From positions 12,161-52,514 of the forward strand of contig CAYNKD010000001.1 of NCBI GenBank assembly GCA_964397735.1: a DNA stretch of 40,354 nucleotides, written 5' to 3'. Both the position numbers and the translations under genes were made by a program. Positions 34,187 to 40,354 of this stretch are shown here, piece after piece. The stretch is from an uncultured bacterium. GTDB taxonomy: Bacteria; UBP7; UBA6624. The notes under the pieces are model-generated. The model made no database searches and had not been told where the DNA came from. It saw only the letters and a list, made by a program, of their open reading frames with translations. Every line of letters begins with the position of its first letter. Positions within the stretch are counted from its first letter, which is position 1.

Positions 34187-34824
34187 TGAAACGAAAGCAG
34201 GCTCTTTTTTTAAAAACAAAAGCTTCTAATGGATGCCTTAGATCTCAAGTGGAATTAGGAAAGGCGTTTTTGTTTGGGGAAGGCTTTTCTCAAAGCGTTG
34301 AAGATGCTGAATCCTGGTTAAGGAAAGCTTATGAAGGAGGCAGTCTTGATGGTGCATACGAGTTAGCAATGTTGCTAAAAACATCTACTGAAAGTGACAA
34401 AAAGAAAAAAGAGTCTTTTTCAATTCTTTACTATTCTGCAAGCTTGGGGCACGTCAAGAGTCAAAGGAGGTTGGCAAGATGTTTTTTAAATGGTTCTGGG
34501 GTAAAAAAAAATAAATCAGAAGCAGCTTGGTGGTTTTTTATTTCTGGCCTTTTAGGAGATGGAGATTCTAGATTTATGCTTGGTCGTATGTTTGAGCTTG
34601 GGCAAGGCGTAGGGGTGGATGTCGAGGAATCTATTTATTGGTACGAGCTTGCTGCTGAAAATGGAGATGTTGATGCTCAGTTCCTTCTTGGAAAGATATT
34701 TTTTGAGAAAGGTTTTTTCACAGATGCTGAGAAATGGTTAAAGTTAGCCAGAAGGGCTGGAGACAGAGAGGCTGCAAAACAATTAGCAAAAATTAAAAAA
34801 ATTGAAGGAGGAAGCGTTCTATGA
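34186..34824 (+). CDS. Sel1-like repeat (SLR/TPR-like) protein.
   Basis: The repeated pattern is G.GV..D..EA..W..KAA..G...A...LG... Confidence 0.75.
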   Translation: MKRKQALFLKTKASNGCLRSQVELGKAFLFGEGFSQSVEDAESWLRKAYEGGSLDGAYELAMLLKTSTESDKKKKESFSILYYSASLGHVKSQRRLARCFLNGSGVKKNKSEAAWWFFISGLLGDGDSRFMLGRMFELGQGVGVDVEESIYWYELAAENGDVDAQFLLGKIFFEKGFFTDAEKWLKLARRAGDREAAKQLAKIKKIEGGSVL

Positions 34825-35144
34825 AGGTTTCAAATATTGAGTCAATACCGGGCTATGAAGTAAAAGAAGTTCTAGGTTTGGTTGAAGGTTCTACAGTCAG
34901 GGCAAAACATATAGGCAAAGACATTATGGCAGGATTCAAATCAATGGTTGGAGGAGAGATGAAAGAGTATACAGAACTTCTAAATGAATCTAGGCAAGAG
35001 GCAGTTAAAAGAATGACCATGAGAGCAGAAGCTTTAGGTGGAAATGCTGTTTTGAACGTAAGGTTTTCAACTTCAAGTGTCGCACAAGGAGCTGCTGAAT
35101 TGTTTGCATACGGGACAGCTGCGGTTGTAGCGAAAAAGAAGTAG
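34821..35144 (+). CDS. YbjQ/UPF0145-family protein (soluble form).
   Basis: The pattern GYEVKEVLGLVEGSTVRAKHIGKDIMAGFKSMVGGE...EALGGNAVLNVRF...ELFAYGTAAVV is present. The start overlaps the Sel1 gene in an ATGA junction. Confidence 0.75.
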   Translation: MKVSNIESIPGYEVKEVLGLVEGSTVRAKHIGKDIMAGFKSMVGGEMKEYTELLNESRQEAVKRMTMRAEALGGNAVLNVRFSTSSVAQGAAELFAYGTAAVVAKKK

Positions 35145-35146
35145 CT

Positions 35147-35629
35147 ATGGATAGCAGAATACTTTTTGAAATTCTTGGGGCATACTTTCCGATCGTTGTC
35201 ATTTTTTGTTGCTGGATTGCTTCAAAAAGAAATGACAATAAGCTTTTGGCTTACCTTAGGAAAGAGGAGCCAAAGTATGCTGATATTCAAATTTTAAATA
35301 CAAAAGAAATCCCAAAAGATTTAAATGCAATCGATTCTTCTCTATGCACAACCCAGGTTGTTCTTGCTGTTGATCCAGGGAAGCAGTTTGTTGCTTGGAT
35401 ATTGACAATGGTTGGGGGGAATGTTGATGTTTATCAGAAAATGTTGCATTTAGCAAGACGTAAAGCAAAGCTGAATATTCGAAAACAGGCAAGGGAAGAA
35501 GGGTCAAATTTAGTTTTAAAGTACAGTGTTGAAACCTCAAACGTCTTTGCCGGAAGTGGAAATAGTGAAAGCGGTTCTGCAGGTGCTGTTGAGGTTTTTT
35601 CATATGGAACTGCTATAAACCAAGATTGA
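35147..35629 (+). CDS. Membrane-anchored YbjQ/UPF0145-like paralog.
   Basis: An N-terminal TM helix (ILGAYFPIVVIFCCWIA) is followed by a divergent YbjQ-like core ending in VEVFSYGTAI. Confidence 0.55.
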   Translation: MDSRILFEILGAYFPIVVIFCCWIASKRNDNKLLAYLRKEEPKYADIQILNTKEIPKDLNAIDSSLCTTQVVLAVDPGKQFVAWILTMVGGNVDVYQKMLHLARRKAKLNIRKQAREEGSNLVLKYSVETSNVFAGSGNSESGSAGAVEVFSYGTAINQD

Positions 35630-35687
35630 GCATTTTTTTGCGACCAGTCGTACCTTTTATTCATCCTTCAACGATAGAATCGAATAA

Positions 35688-36239
35688 ATGATTTTGCTAA
35701 TAGGGATGGTTTTTTTAATGAGTTTAGATACTGGCATCAAAGAGCCAAAATATACAGTTTTAGAGAAAGAAAAAAATATAGAGATAAGGGAATATTCTGA
35801 ATACGTAATTGCGAGAACGTCAATTGTCAAGGATGATGAAAAGACAGATAATGGGATGTTCATGATACTTGCGAATTATATTTTTGGTGGTAATCAGAAA
35901 AAAGAGAGTATAGCCATGACAGCTCCGGTTATTACAACAGAGAATGACAAGTCTTATGACATGATATTTTTCATGCTCGATGTTGATGATGTTAGCGAGT
36001 TGCCGAATCCAAATAGCAAGAATGTTCATTTGGAAAAAATGAATTTGGAAAAAGCTGTTGCTATTAGGTTTGGATGGTGGGCTACAAAATGGAGCATAAA
36101 CAGGAACAGGGAAACATTGGAGCGTTACATCGAGAAAAAAGGCCTTCAGGTTGTTTCTGAAATGATGGTTGCTCAATATAACTCGCCTTGGGATTGGCCA
36201 TTTTTGAGAAGAAATGACATAATTTTCCAAATCAAATAA
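35688..36239 (+). CDS. SOUL heme-binding-family protein.
   Basis: The pattern EPKYTVLEKEKNIEIREYSEYVIA...FMILANYIFGGN...IAMTAPV is present, and the N-terminus is hydrophobic. Confidence 0.65.
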   Translation: MILLIGMVFLMSLDTGIKEPKYTVLEKEKNIEIREYSEYVIARTSIVKDDEKTDNGMFMILANYIFGGNQKKESIAMTAPVITTENDKSYDMIFFMLDVDDVSELPNPNSKNVHLEKMNLEKAVAIRFGWWATKWSINRNRETLERYIEKKGLQVVSEMMVAQYNSPWDWPFLRRNDIIFQIK

Positions 36240-36250
36240 ATTTGACTCCA

Positions 36251-37255
36251 ATGACAAGGATTAACATAATTCCGCCTTCTGAATTGCATGATCAGCATCT
36301 CATTGCTGAATACAGAGAGATAACAATGGTTCCTGCAGCTTTAAAGAGAACGCTAAAAAGCAAAAATGGGCTGGATAAAGATAAGATTCCTCAAAATTAC
36401 ACCTTAAATAAAGGGCATGTATATTTTTTCTACGACAAGGGCAAATACCTGGATCTAAGGTATGTCCAGATAGTTAAAGAGATGAAAAACAGAGGGTTTA
36501 AACCTGACTCAGAAAGAAAATTTCCAAAGGATTTATTTGTCAAGAATGGACTTTATGGAGATTGGATTCCTGAAGTTGAAGATTATGAAATAATTCGAAA
36601 AAGAATTTTTGAAAAAATAAACAAGAGACCTGGTTGGTACAGACATACAAAAAGTGCGATAAGTTTTTTTGGGAAATGGGCTGAGTCTGGAAAAGATGCA
36701 GGGATGGAAGAGCATCATTCTCAATCTGTGAATTTCATGATTGACAAGATATCAAAAAGCTCAAAAGATAATTTCAGTTTTATTGATGCTGGTTGTGGTA
36801 ATGGATGGGTTGTCAGAAAGATGAAGGAGCATTCTCGCTGTAAATACTCTTCAGGTATTGATGGTGCAGTGCAGATGGTAGATAAAGCAAAACTTATTGA
36901 TCCTGAAAGTGATTATTTTCATAGCGACTTGATTGAATGGAATCCAAATAAAAAATATGATTTTGTTCACTCTATGGAAGTTTTTTATTATTTTAGAGAT
37001 GTGTCCAAGATTTTAGAAAAAATATATAAAGAATGGCTTTGCCAGGATGGGAAGTTGATTTTTGGAGTTGATCACTATGGCGAAAATAAGCCATCTTTGA
37101 ACTGGCCTGAAAAATGCGGTGTTTTTATGAATACACTGTCAATAGAGGAATGGAAAAAACTGCTATCAAGTGTTGGTTTTAAGAATATAGATTATTGGCA
37201 AGTTGGAAAAAAGGATGACTGGGTTGGAACATTAATCTTTTATGCAGAAAAATAA
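36251..37255 (+). CDS. Fusion of a pyrimidine-dimer DNA glycosylase (T4 endonuclease V / DenV-like) with a class I SAM-dependent methyltransferase.
   Basis: The N-terminus MTRINIIPPSELHDQHLIAEYREI...NKGHVYFFYDK...RPGWYRHTKSAI is colinear with T4 endoV (MTRINL..SEL.DQHL.AEYRE...GHV.FFYDK...RPTWYKYYG). The C-terminal half carries FIDAGCGNGWVVRKM (motif I). I chose ATG 36251 so that Thr2 becomes the N-terminus. Confidence 0.75.
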   Translation: MTRINIIPPSELHDQHLIAEYREITMVPAALKRTLKSKNGLDKDKIPQNYTLNKGHVYFFYDKGKYLDLRYVQIVKEMKNRGFKPDSERKFPKDLFVKNGLYGDWIPEVEDYEIIRKRIFEKINKRPGWYRHTKSAISFFGKWAESGKDAGMEEHHSQSVNFMIDKISKSSKDNFSFIDAGCGNGWVVRKMKEHSRCKYSSGIDGAVQMVDKAKLIDPESDYFHSDLIEWNPNKKYDFVHSMEVFYYFRDVSKILEKIYKEWLCQDGKLIFGVDHYGENKPSLNWPEKCGVFMNTLSIEEWKKLLSSVGFKNIDYWQVGKKDDWVGTLIFYAEK

Positions 37256-37302
37256 GCATTACTTTTCTGTACAGAGGGATTTGTTGTATTAATATAAAAC
37301 TA

Positions 37303-38220
37303 ATGCAAAACAATACCCATTCCTATATCGAAGATCCACGAAATAAAAATATAAAAATTTATATAAATGGCGAGATACTTAACAGACCTGATGCAAAAAT
37401 CTCCGTTTTCGATAGTGGGTTTTTATTGGGCGATGGAGTATGGGAAGGTATTCGTCTGCACAATGGAAGATTGTGTTTTTTGAATGACCATCTTGGAAGG
37501 CTCTACGATGGGGCTAGGCAGATAAGTATAAAAATTCCATATTCCAAAGACCAATTAAGTGAAATTATTTATAAGGTTGTTAGAAAAAATAATATGGATT
37601 CTGGTGTACATATTCGGGTCATTATCTCAAGAGGGGAAAAAATAACTCCTTATCAACATCCTGAAGCAAATCTTGGACCGATAAGCCTTGTTGTTATTCC
37701 TGAATACAAAATAGCAAATAGAGCAATTAACAAATACGGAATCAGTTTAACTTCTGTAAAAATCATTAGAGGGACTAGCTTGAACCAGGACCCAAAAATC
37801 AATTCATTAAGTAAGTTCAACTGTATTGCAGGGTGTCTTCAGGCTATTGAGAAGAATGTAGACGAGGGATTGATGCTGGATGTAAATGGTCATGTTTCAA
37901 CCTGCAACTCTACAAATTTTTTTATAGTCAAAAATAATCAAGTAATCACTTCAAAAGGAGAATATTGCCTAAATGGAGTGACTCGAAAGAATATTATTGA
38001 AATATGTAGAGAAGAGGGTATTGATGTCCTAGAGAGAAATTTTATGCTGGAGGAAGCATATGATGCCGATGAGTCTTTCGTTACTGGAACTTTTGCAGGT
38101 GTTATTCCTGTTGTTGATATTGATAAAAATATTATTGGAGATGGTAAAAGAGGTTCTGTTACAAAGTCTCTTTTTAATTTTTATAAGAAAAAAATAGACA
38201 GGCTGTATCCAAGACAATGA
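37303..38220 (+). CDS. Class IV (branched-chain / D-amino-acid) aminotransferase family protein.
   Basis: Motifs seen are ISVFDSGFLLGDGVWEGIRLHNGR...HLGRL, EGLMLD..G.VS.CNSTNFF, LNGVTRKNIIE and DESFVTGTFAGVIPV. Confidence 0.75.
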   Translation: MQNNTHSYIEDPRNKNIKIYINGEILNRPDAKISVFDSGFLLGDGVWEGIRLHNGRLCFLNDHLGRLYDGARQISIKIPYSKDQLSEIIYKVVRKNNMDSGVHIRVIISRGEKITPYQHPEANLGPISLVVIPEYKIANRAINKYGISLTSVKIIRGTSLNQDPKINSLSKFNCIAGCLQAIEKNVDEGLMLDVNGHVSTCNSTNFFIVKNNQVITSKGEYCLNGVTRKNIIEICREEGIDVLERNFMLEEAYDADESFVTGTFAGVIPVVDIDKNIIGDGKRGSVTKSLFNFYKKKIDRLYPRQ

Positions 38221-38951
38221 GTGGTAAAAAAATAATTGGGATGTGGTCTGGACCCCGAAATATTTCAACTGCACTTATGAGATCTTTTGAGAATAGGGTT
38301 GATACGACTGTTACAGATGAGCCTTTTTATGCTTTTTTCCTGCAAGAAACAGCAACAAGGCATCCAATGTACCAAGAAATAATTCATTCATATGATACGT
38401 CTTGGAGCAATGTGGCTAATGTGTTAACAGGGTCAATTCCAAACGATAAAAATATATGGTATCAAAAGCTAATGACGCATCATTGGGTCAATAAGCAACC
38501 CCTGAAATGGATTAGTAGCATAGATAACTGTTTTCTAATCAGAAATCCAAAAAAGGTCATATTGTCTTATTCGAAAATCCATGACGAGGTTAGTCCTGAG
38601 CTATTAGGTTTGCCTCAGCAGCTCCATATATTTAATTATGCAAAAGAGCAAGCTAAAAAGATTCCAATAGTGATTGATTCAGGAGATATATTGAAAAACC
38701 CTAAATTGATGTTGGGGAAATTGTGCGATCTGCTGGGAATTCAATTTTCAAACAGGATGTTAAAGTGGCCAAAAGGATTTCGTGATTCGGATGGAATCTG
38801 GAGGGAGCATTGGTATGGCAATGTAATCAAAACAACTTCTTTTTCCAATCCTCCTACAAGAAAAGAAGAGTTTCCGGATAAATTTTCAGACCTGCTAGAT
38901 GAATGCATGCATTATTACAGAATGATGGAGAAATATAAAATTAATAATTAA
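38217..38951 (+). CDS. Sulfotransferase-like (P-loop-type) family protein of unknown specificity.
   Basis: The N-terminal MWSGPRNISTALMRS resembles the sulfotransferase PSB loop (PRSGST). The start overlaps the aminotransferase gene in an ATGA junction. Confidence 0.4.
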   Translation: MSGKKIIGMWSGPRNISTALMRSFENRVDTTVTDEPFYAFFLQETATRHPMYQEIIHSYDTSWSNVANVLTGSIPNDKNIWYQKLMTHHWVNKQPLKWISSIDNCFLIRNPKKVILSYSKIHDEVSPELLGLPQQLHIFNYAKEQAKKIPIVIDSGDILKNPKLMLGKLCDLLGIQFSNRMLKWPKGFRDSDGIWREHWYGNVIKTTSFSNPPTRKEEFPDKFSDLLDECMHYYRMMEKYKINN

Positions 38952-38952
38952 G

Positions 38953-39786
38953 CTATTTTCTCTGAACTGTCCAGACTCCAAAAAGAACTACCGGTAAAGC
39001 AAGCCAAAAACCCTCTTGTGGAACTTGTTTGTAAACGGCCATTGCAACCAATGCGGTTGTTGGAGGTTGTAGGTTTATGAAAACTGCAACTTGGCTTGGT
39101 TTTAAAAACTGCAGAGCTGTTGCCCATATGGAGTAAGCGACTATGCTTGTTAGAAATGCAATATGGAATAAACCATACCATGCAAATGGTGTGATTGTAG
39201 AAAAGTCGGGTTTTTCTCCCATTAAGAATATGGCTATAGCAATTGGCAACCCAATGAGGAAAGATCTTGAAACAGCTTCTTTTGCTCCTATAGATTTCGA
39301 TATTGGAGGAATTAGTGATGTGTATATTGCCCAACATATTACACCTATAAGTATAGTTTTTTCACCGTCACCGAAAGTAGAAAGTCCGCTATTCCCAAGA
39401 ATCCAATATGTCCCCAGGAAGGCCAAAAGAATTCCTAAAATACGAGAAAAAATAATTCTCTCTTCTTTCAGTATGAGGGAAATAATTAAAATAAAAACAG
39501 GTGTTGTGGCATAGAGGATTGATGCATGTGCTGGAGGTGTTCCAAGAGACATTCCTTTTAAAAAAAATGCTTGGTTTAAAGCGACTAAGATTCCGCAAAA
39601 GATCATTCTTGGCATAAGTTTTTTTGGTATTATTGAAAAGCCATTTTTGTAAGTTCCAATTAGAAAGAATATAAAAACGGTGAGTGAAATCCTCAATCCA
39701 ACTAATGCAGATCCTCCAAAAGATTCACTGGATATTTTTGCTACATTATATGTAAGTGCGGTTATTACTAAATGGAGCAGCAGCAA
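38953..39786 (-). CDS. EamA/DMT-family transporter.
   Basis: It has about 10 hydrophobic helices in a two-repeat layout typical of EamA. The start is TTG, and the frame stays open upstream without a canonical start. Confidence 0.7.
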   Translation of the reverse strand: MLLLHLVITALTYNVAKISSESFGGSALVGLRISLTVFIFFLIGTYKNGFSIIPKKLMPRMIFCGILVALNQAFFLKGMSLGTPPAHASILYATTPVFILIISLILKEERIIFSRILGILLAFLGTYWILGNSGLSTFGDGEKTILIGVICWAIYTSLIPPISKSIGAKEAVSRSFLIGLPIAIAIFLMGEKPDFSTITPFAWYGLFHIAFLTSIVAYSIWATALQFLKPSQVAVFINLQPPTTALVAMAVYKQVPQEGFWLALPVVLFGVWTVQRK

Positions 39787-39844
39787 CAGGATGACTTTAG
39801 ATTTTGGAAGATTAGTAATCTTTTTTTCTGTTTTTTGAATATTT

Positions 39845-40354
39845 TTATTCAGAGCTTTTTGCTAGCTCCATTAATTTCTCTTTACTTGGAGCATTTCCGT
39901 AAATTGAATTCACAGGAATTGGTTCCCTTCCACTTTCTTTAAGTATTCTCATTAGATTTGCTTGGGTAAACTCGTTAGAAGAAAACCCTCCAGCCTCTTT
40001 TGCTATCTCTTCATCAAGACTCGTCCCTCCAACATCATCAATGCCATAATGAAGAAGCACTTGTGTCATTTTTGGTCCTTGGTACGTCCAGAGTATTCTT
40101 ATGTGTGGAAAATTATCTAAATATATCCTGCTAATTGCACAGACCCTTGCGTCATAATGCCCAGTTGTTGGGCCAACCTCATCTTGAAATTCTGTATTTT
40201 CCGGAAGGAACGCTAAAGGTATTAGCGCTAAGAATCCATTCGTTTTATCTTGTGTTTTTCTTAGCATGTCAAGATGGTGAATGATTTCTTCTTTTGTCTC
40301 TACGTGTCCATAGAGCATTGTTGCATTGCTGTTCATTCCAACCTTGTGCGTAAT
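39845..40354 (-). CDS. Radical SAM futalosine-pathway enzyme (MqnC/MqnE family), C-terminal part only. The 5' end lies beyond the right edge.
   Basis: Motifs seen are NATMLYGHVETKEEIIHHLDMLRKTQDKTNGFLALIPLAF.PENT, YLDNFPHIRILW and YGIDDVGGTS. The frame is open to position 40354. Confidence 0.7.
   Translation of the reverse strand: MTHKVGMNSNATMLYGHVETKEEIIHHLDMLRKTQDKTNGFLALIPLAFLPENTEFQDEVGPTTGHYDARVCAISRIYLDNFPHIRILWTYQGPKMTQVLLHYGIDDVGGTSLDEEIAKEAGGFSSNEFTQANLMRILKESGREPIPVNSIYGNAPSKEKLMELAKSSE

Noticed and set aside
37303-38220. Possible loss of the PLP lysine in the class IV aminotransferase. One alignment of QDPKINSLSKFN puts Asn where DAAT has Lys145.
   Set aside because: A lysine lies two residues upstream, and the spacing of this segment varies by 1-2 residues among IlvE, DAAT and PabC. 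The alignment by eye is ambiguous, so no claim is made.
479-39598. Many ORF-track entries lie antisense to, or out of frame within, the genes called above. Examples are 479-664, 1511-1792, 3488-3869, 4280-4605, 5030-5841, 6396-7028, 7153-7598, 8804-9104, 9707-9985, 10887-11664, 13530-14417, 15081-16347, 17130-18139, 19927-20232, 21121-22583, 33095-34073, 35005-36257 and 38948-39598.
   Set aside because: Each is fully overlapped by a longer ORF with clear family motifs. Their translations are low-complexity, F/L/S/I-rich shadow sequences typical of AT-rich DNA, and none shows a recognisable motif.
1-40354. Possibility of an alternative genetic code (TGA or TAG as sense), considered because several genes lack canonical starts.
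   Set aside because: TGA, TAA and TAG all terminate proteins at their expected conserved C-termini (coaBC, rpe, moaD with GG-TGA, def, gmk), often within ATGA/TTGA coupling junctions. The standard bacterial code fits.

Overview
This is an AT-rich bacterial chromosomal segment (roughly one-third G+C by eye, not computed). It is very tightly packed, with many 1-17 nt gene overlaps and ATGA/TAATG/TTGA junctions. I support about 50 CDS and found no rRNA, tRNA, CRISPR array, IS element or prophage. TGA, TAA and TAG all act as stops, so the code is standard.

Gene content, left to right:
- rpsF (partial, with an EKPKEE-repeat tail), a TrmH/SpoU methyltransferase, a 100-aa ORF, and dnaK and grpE on the minus strand.
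- The conserved block gmk-rpoZ-coaBC-(secreted parvulin PPIase)-priA-def-fmt-(PASTA kinase-like)-rpe-metK.
- A NifS/IscS-like protein plus TusA, ending in a clear intrinsic terminator.
- A 12-gene minus-strand array: HdrC-like, HdrB-like, NUDIX, GlcD-like FAD oxidase, a GT-like fragment, moaA-moaD-moaE-moaC, rsmJ-like, and a UPF0104 membrane protein.
- An aspartate aminotransferase, a Xer recombinase, a secreted hypothetical protein plus a BamB-like propeller, then miaA, nfo and pabB-pabC.
- hflK-hflC and futalosine-pathway genes (mqnA plus two radical-SAM Mqn enzymes).
- A plus-strand accessory-looking block: Sel1 repeat, two YbjQ paralogs, a SOUL protein, a T4-endoV-like glycosylase fused to a methyltransferase, a class IV aminotransferase and a sulfotransferase-like protein. 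An EamA transporter follows on the minus strand.

Most unusual observations:
1. An intact, translationally coupled HdrC/HdrB-like pair in which essentially all Fe-S cysteine ligands are replaced.
2. Three more long intact ORFs whose catalytic signatures are gone:
   - PriA with decayed helicase motifs but intact zinc fingers.
   - A PASTA protein with a dead kinase domain.
   - A NifS-like protein with the PLP lysine changed to Arg, coupled to TusA.
3. A full-length DenV (pyrimidine-dimer glycosylase) domain fused to a SAM methyltransferase.
4. Conserved N-terminal motifs of fmt and the TrmH enzyme lie upstream of any ATG/GTG/TTG. This implies non-canonical initiation, or for TrmH possibly TAG read-through.
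5. An 83-nt cytosine-free, G-run-rich tract next to a GC-rich motif island in the hflK upstream spacer.

All homology calls come from motif recognition by eye against remembered family consensus. No searches were run.
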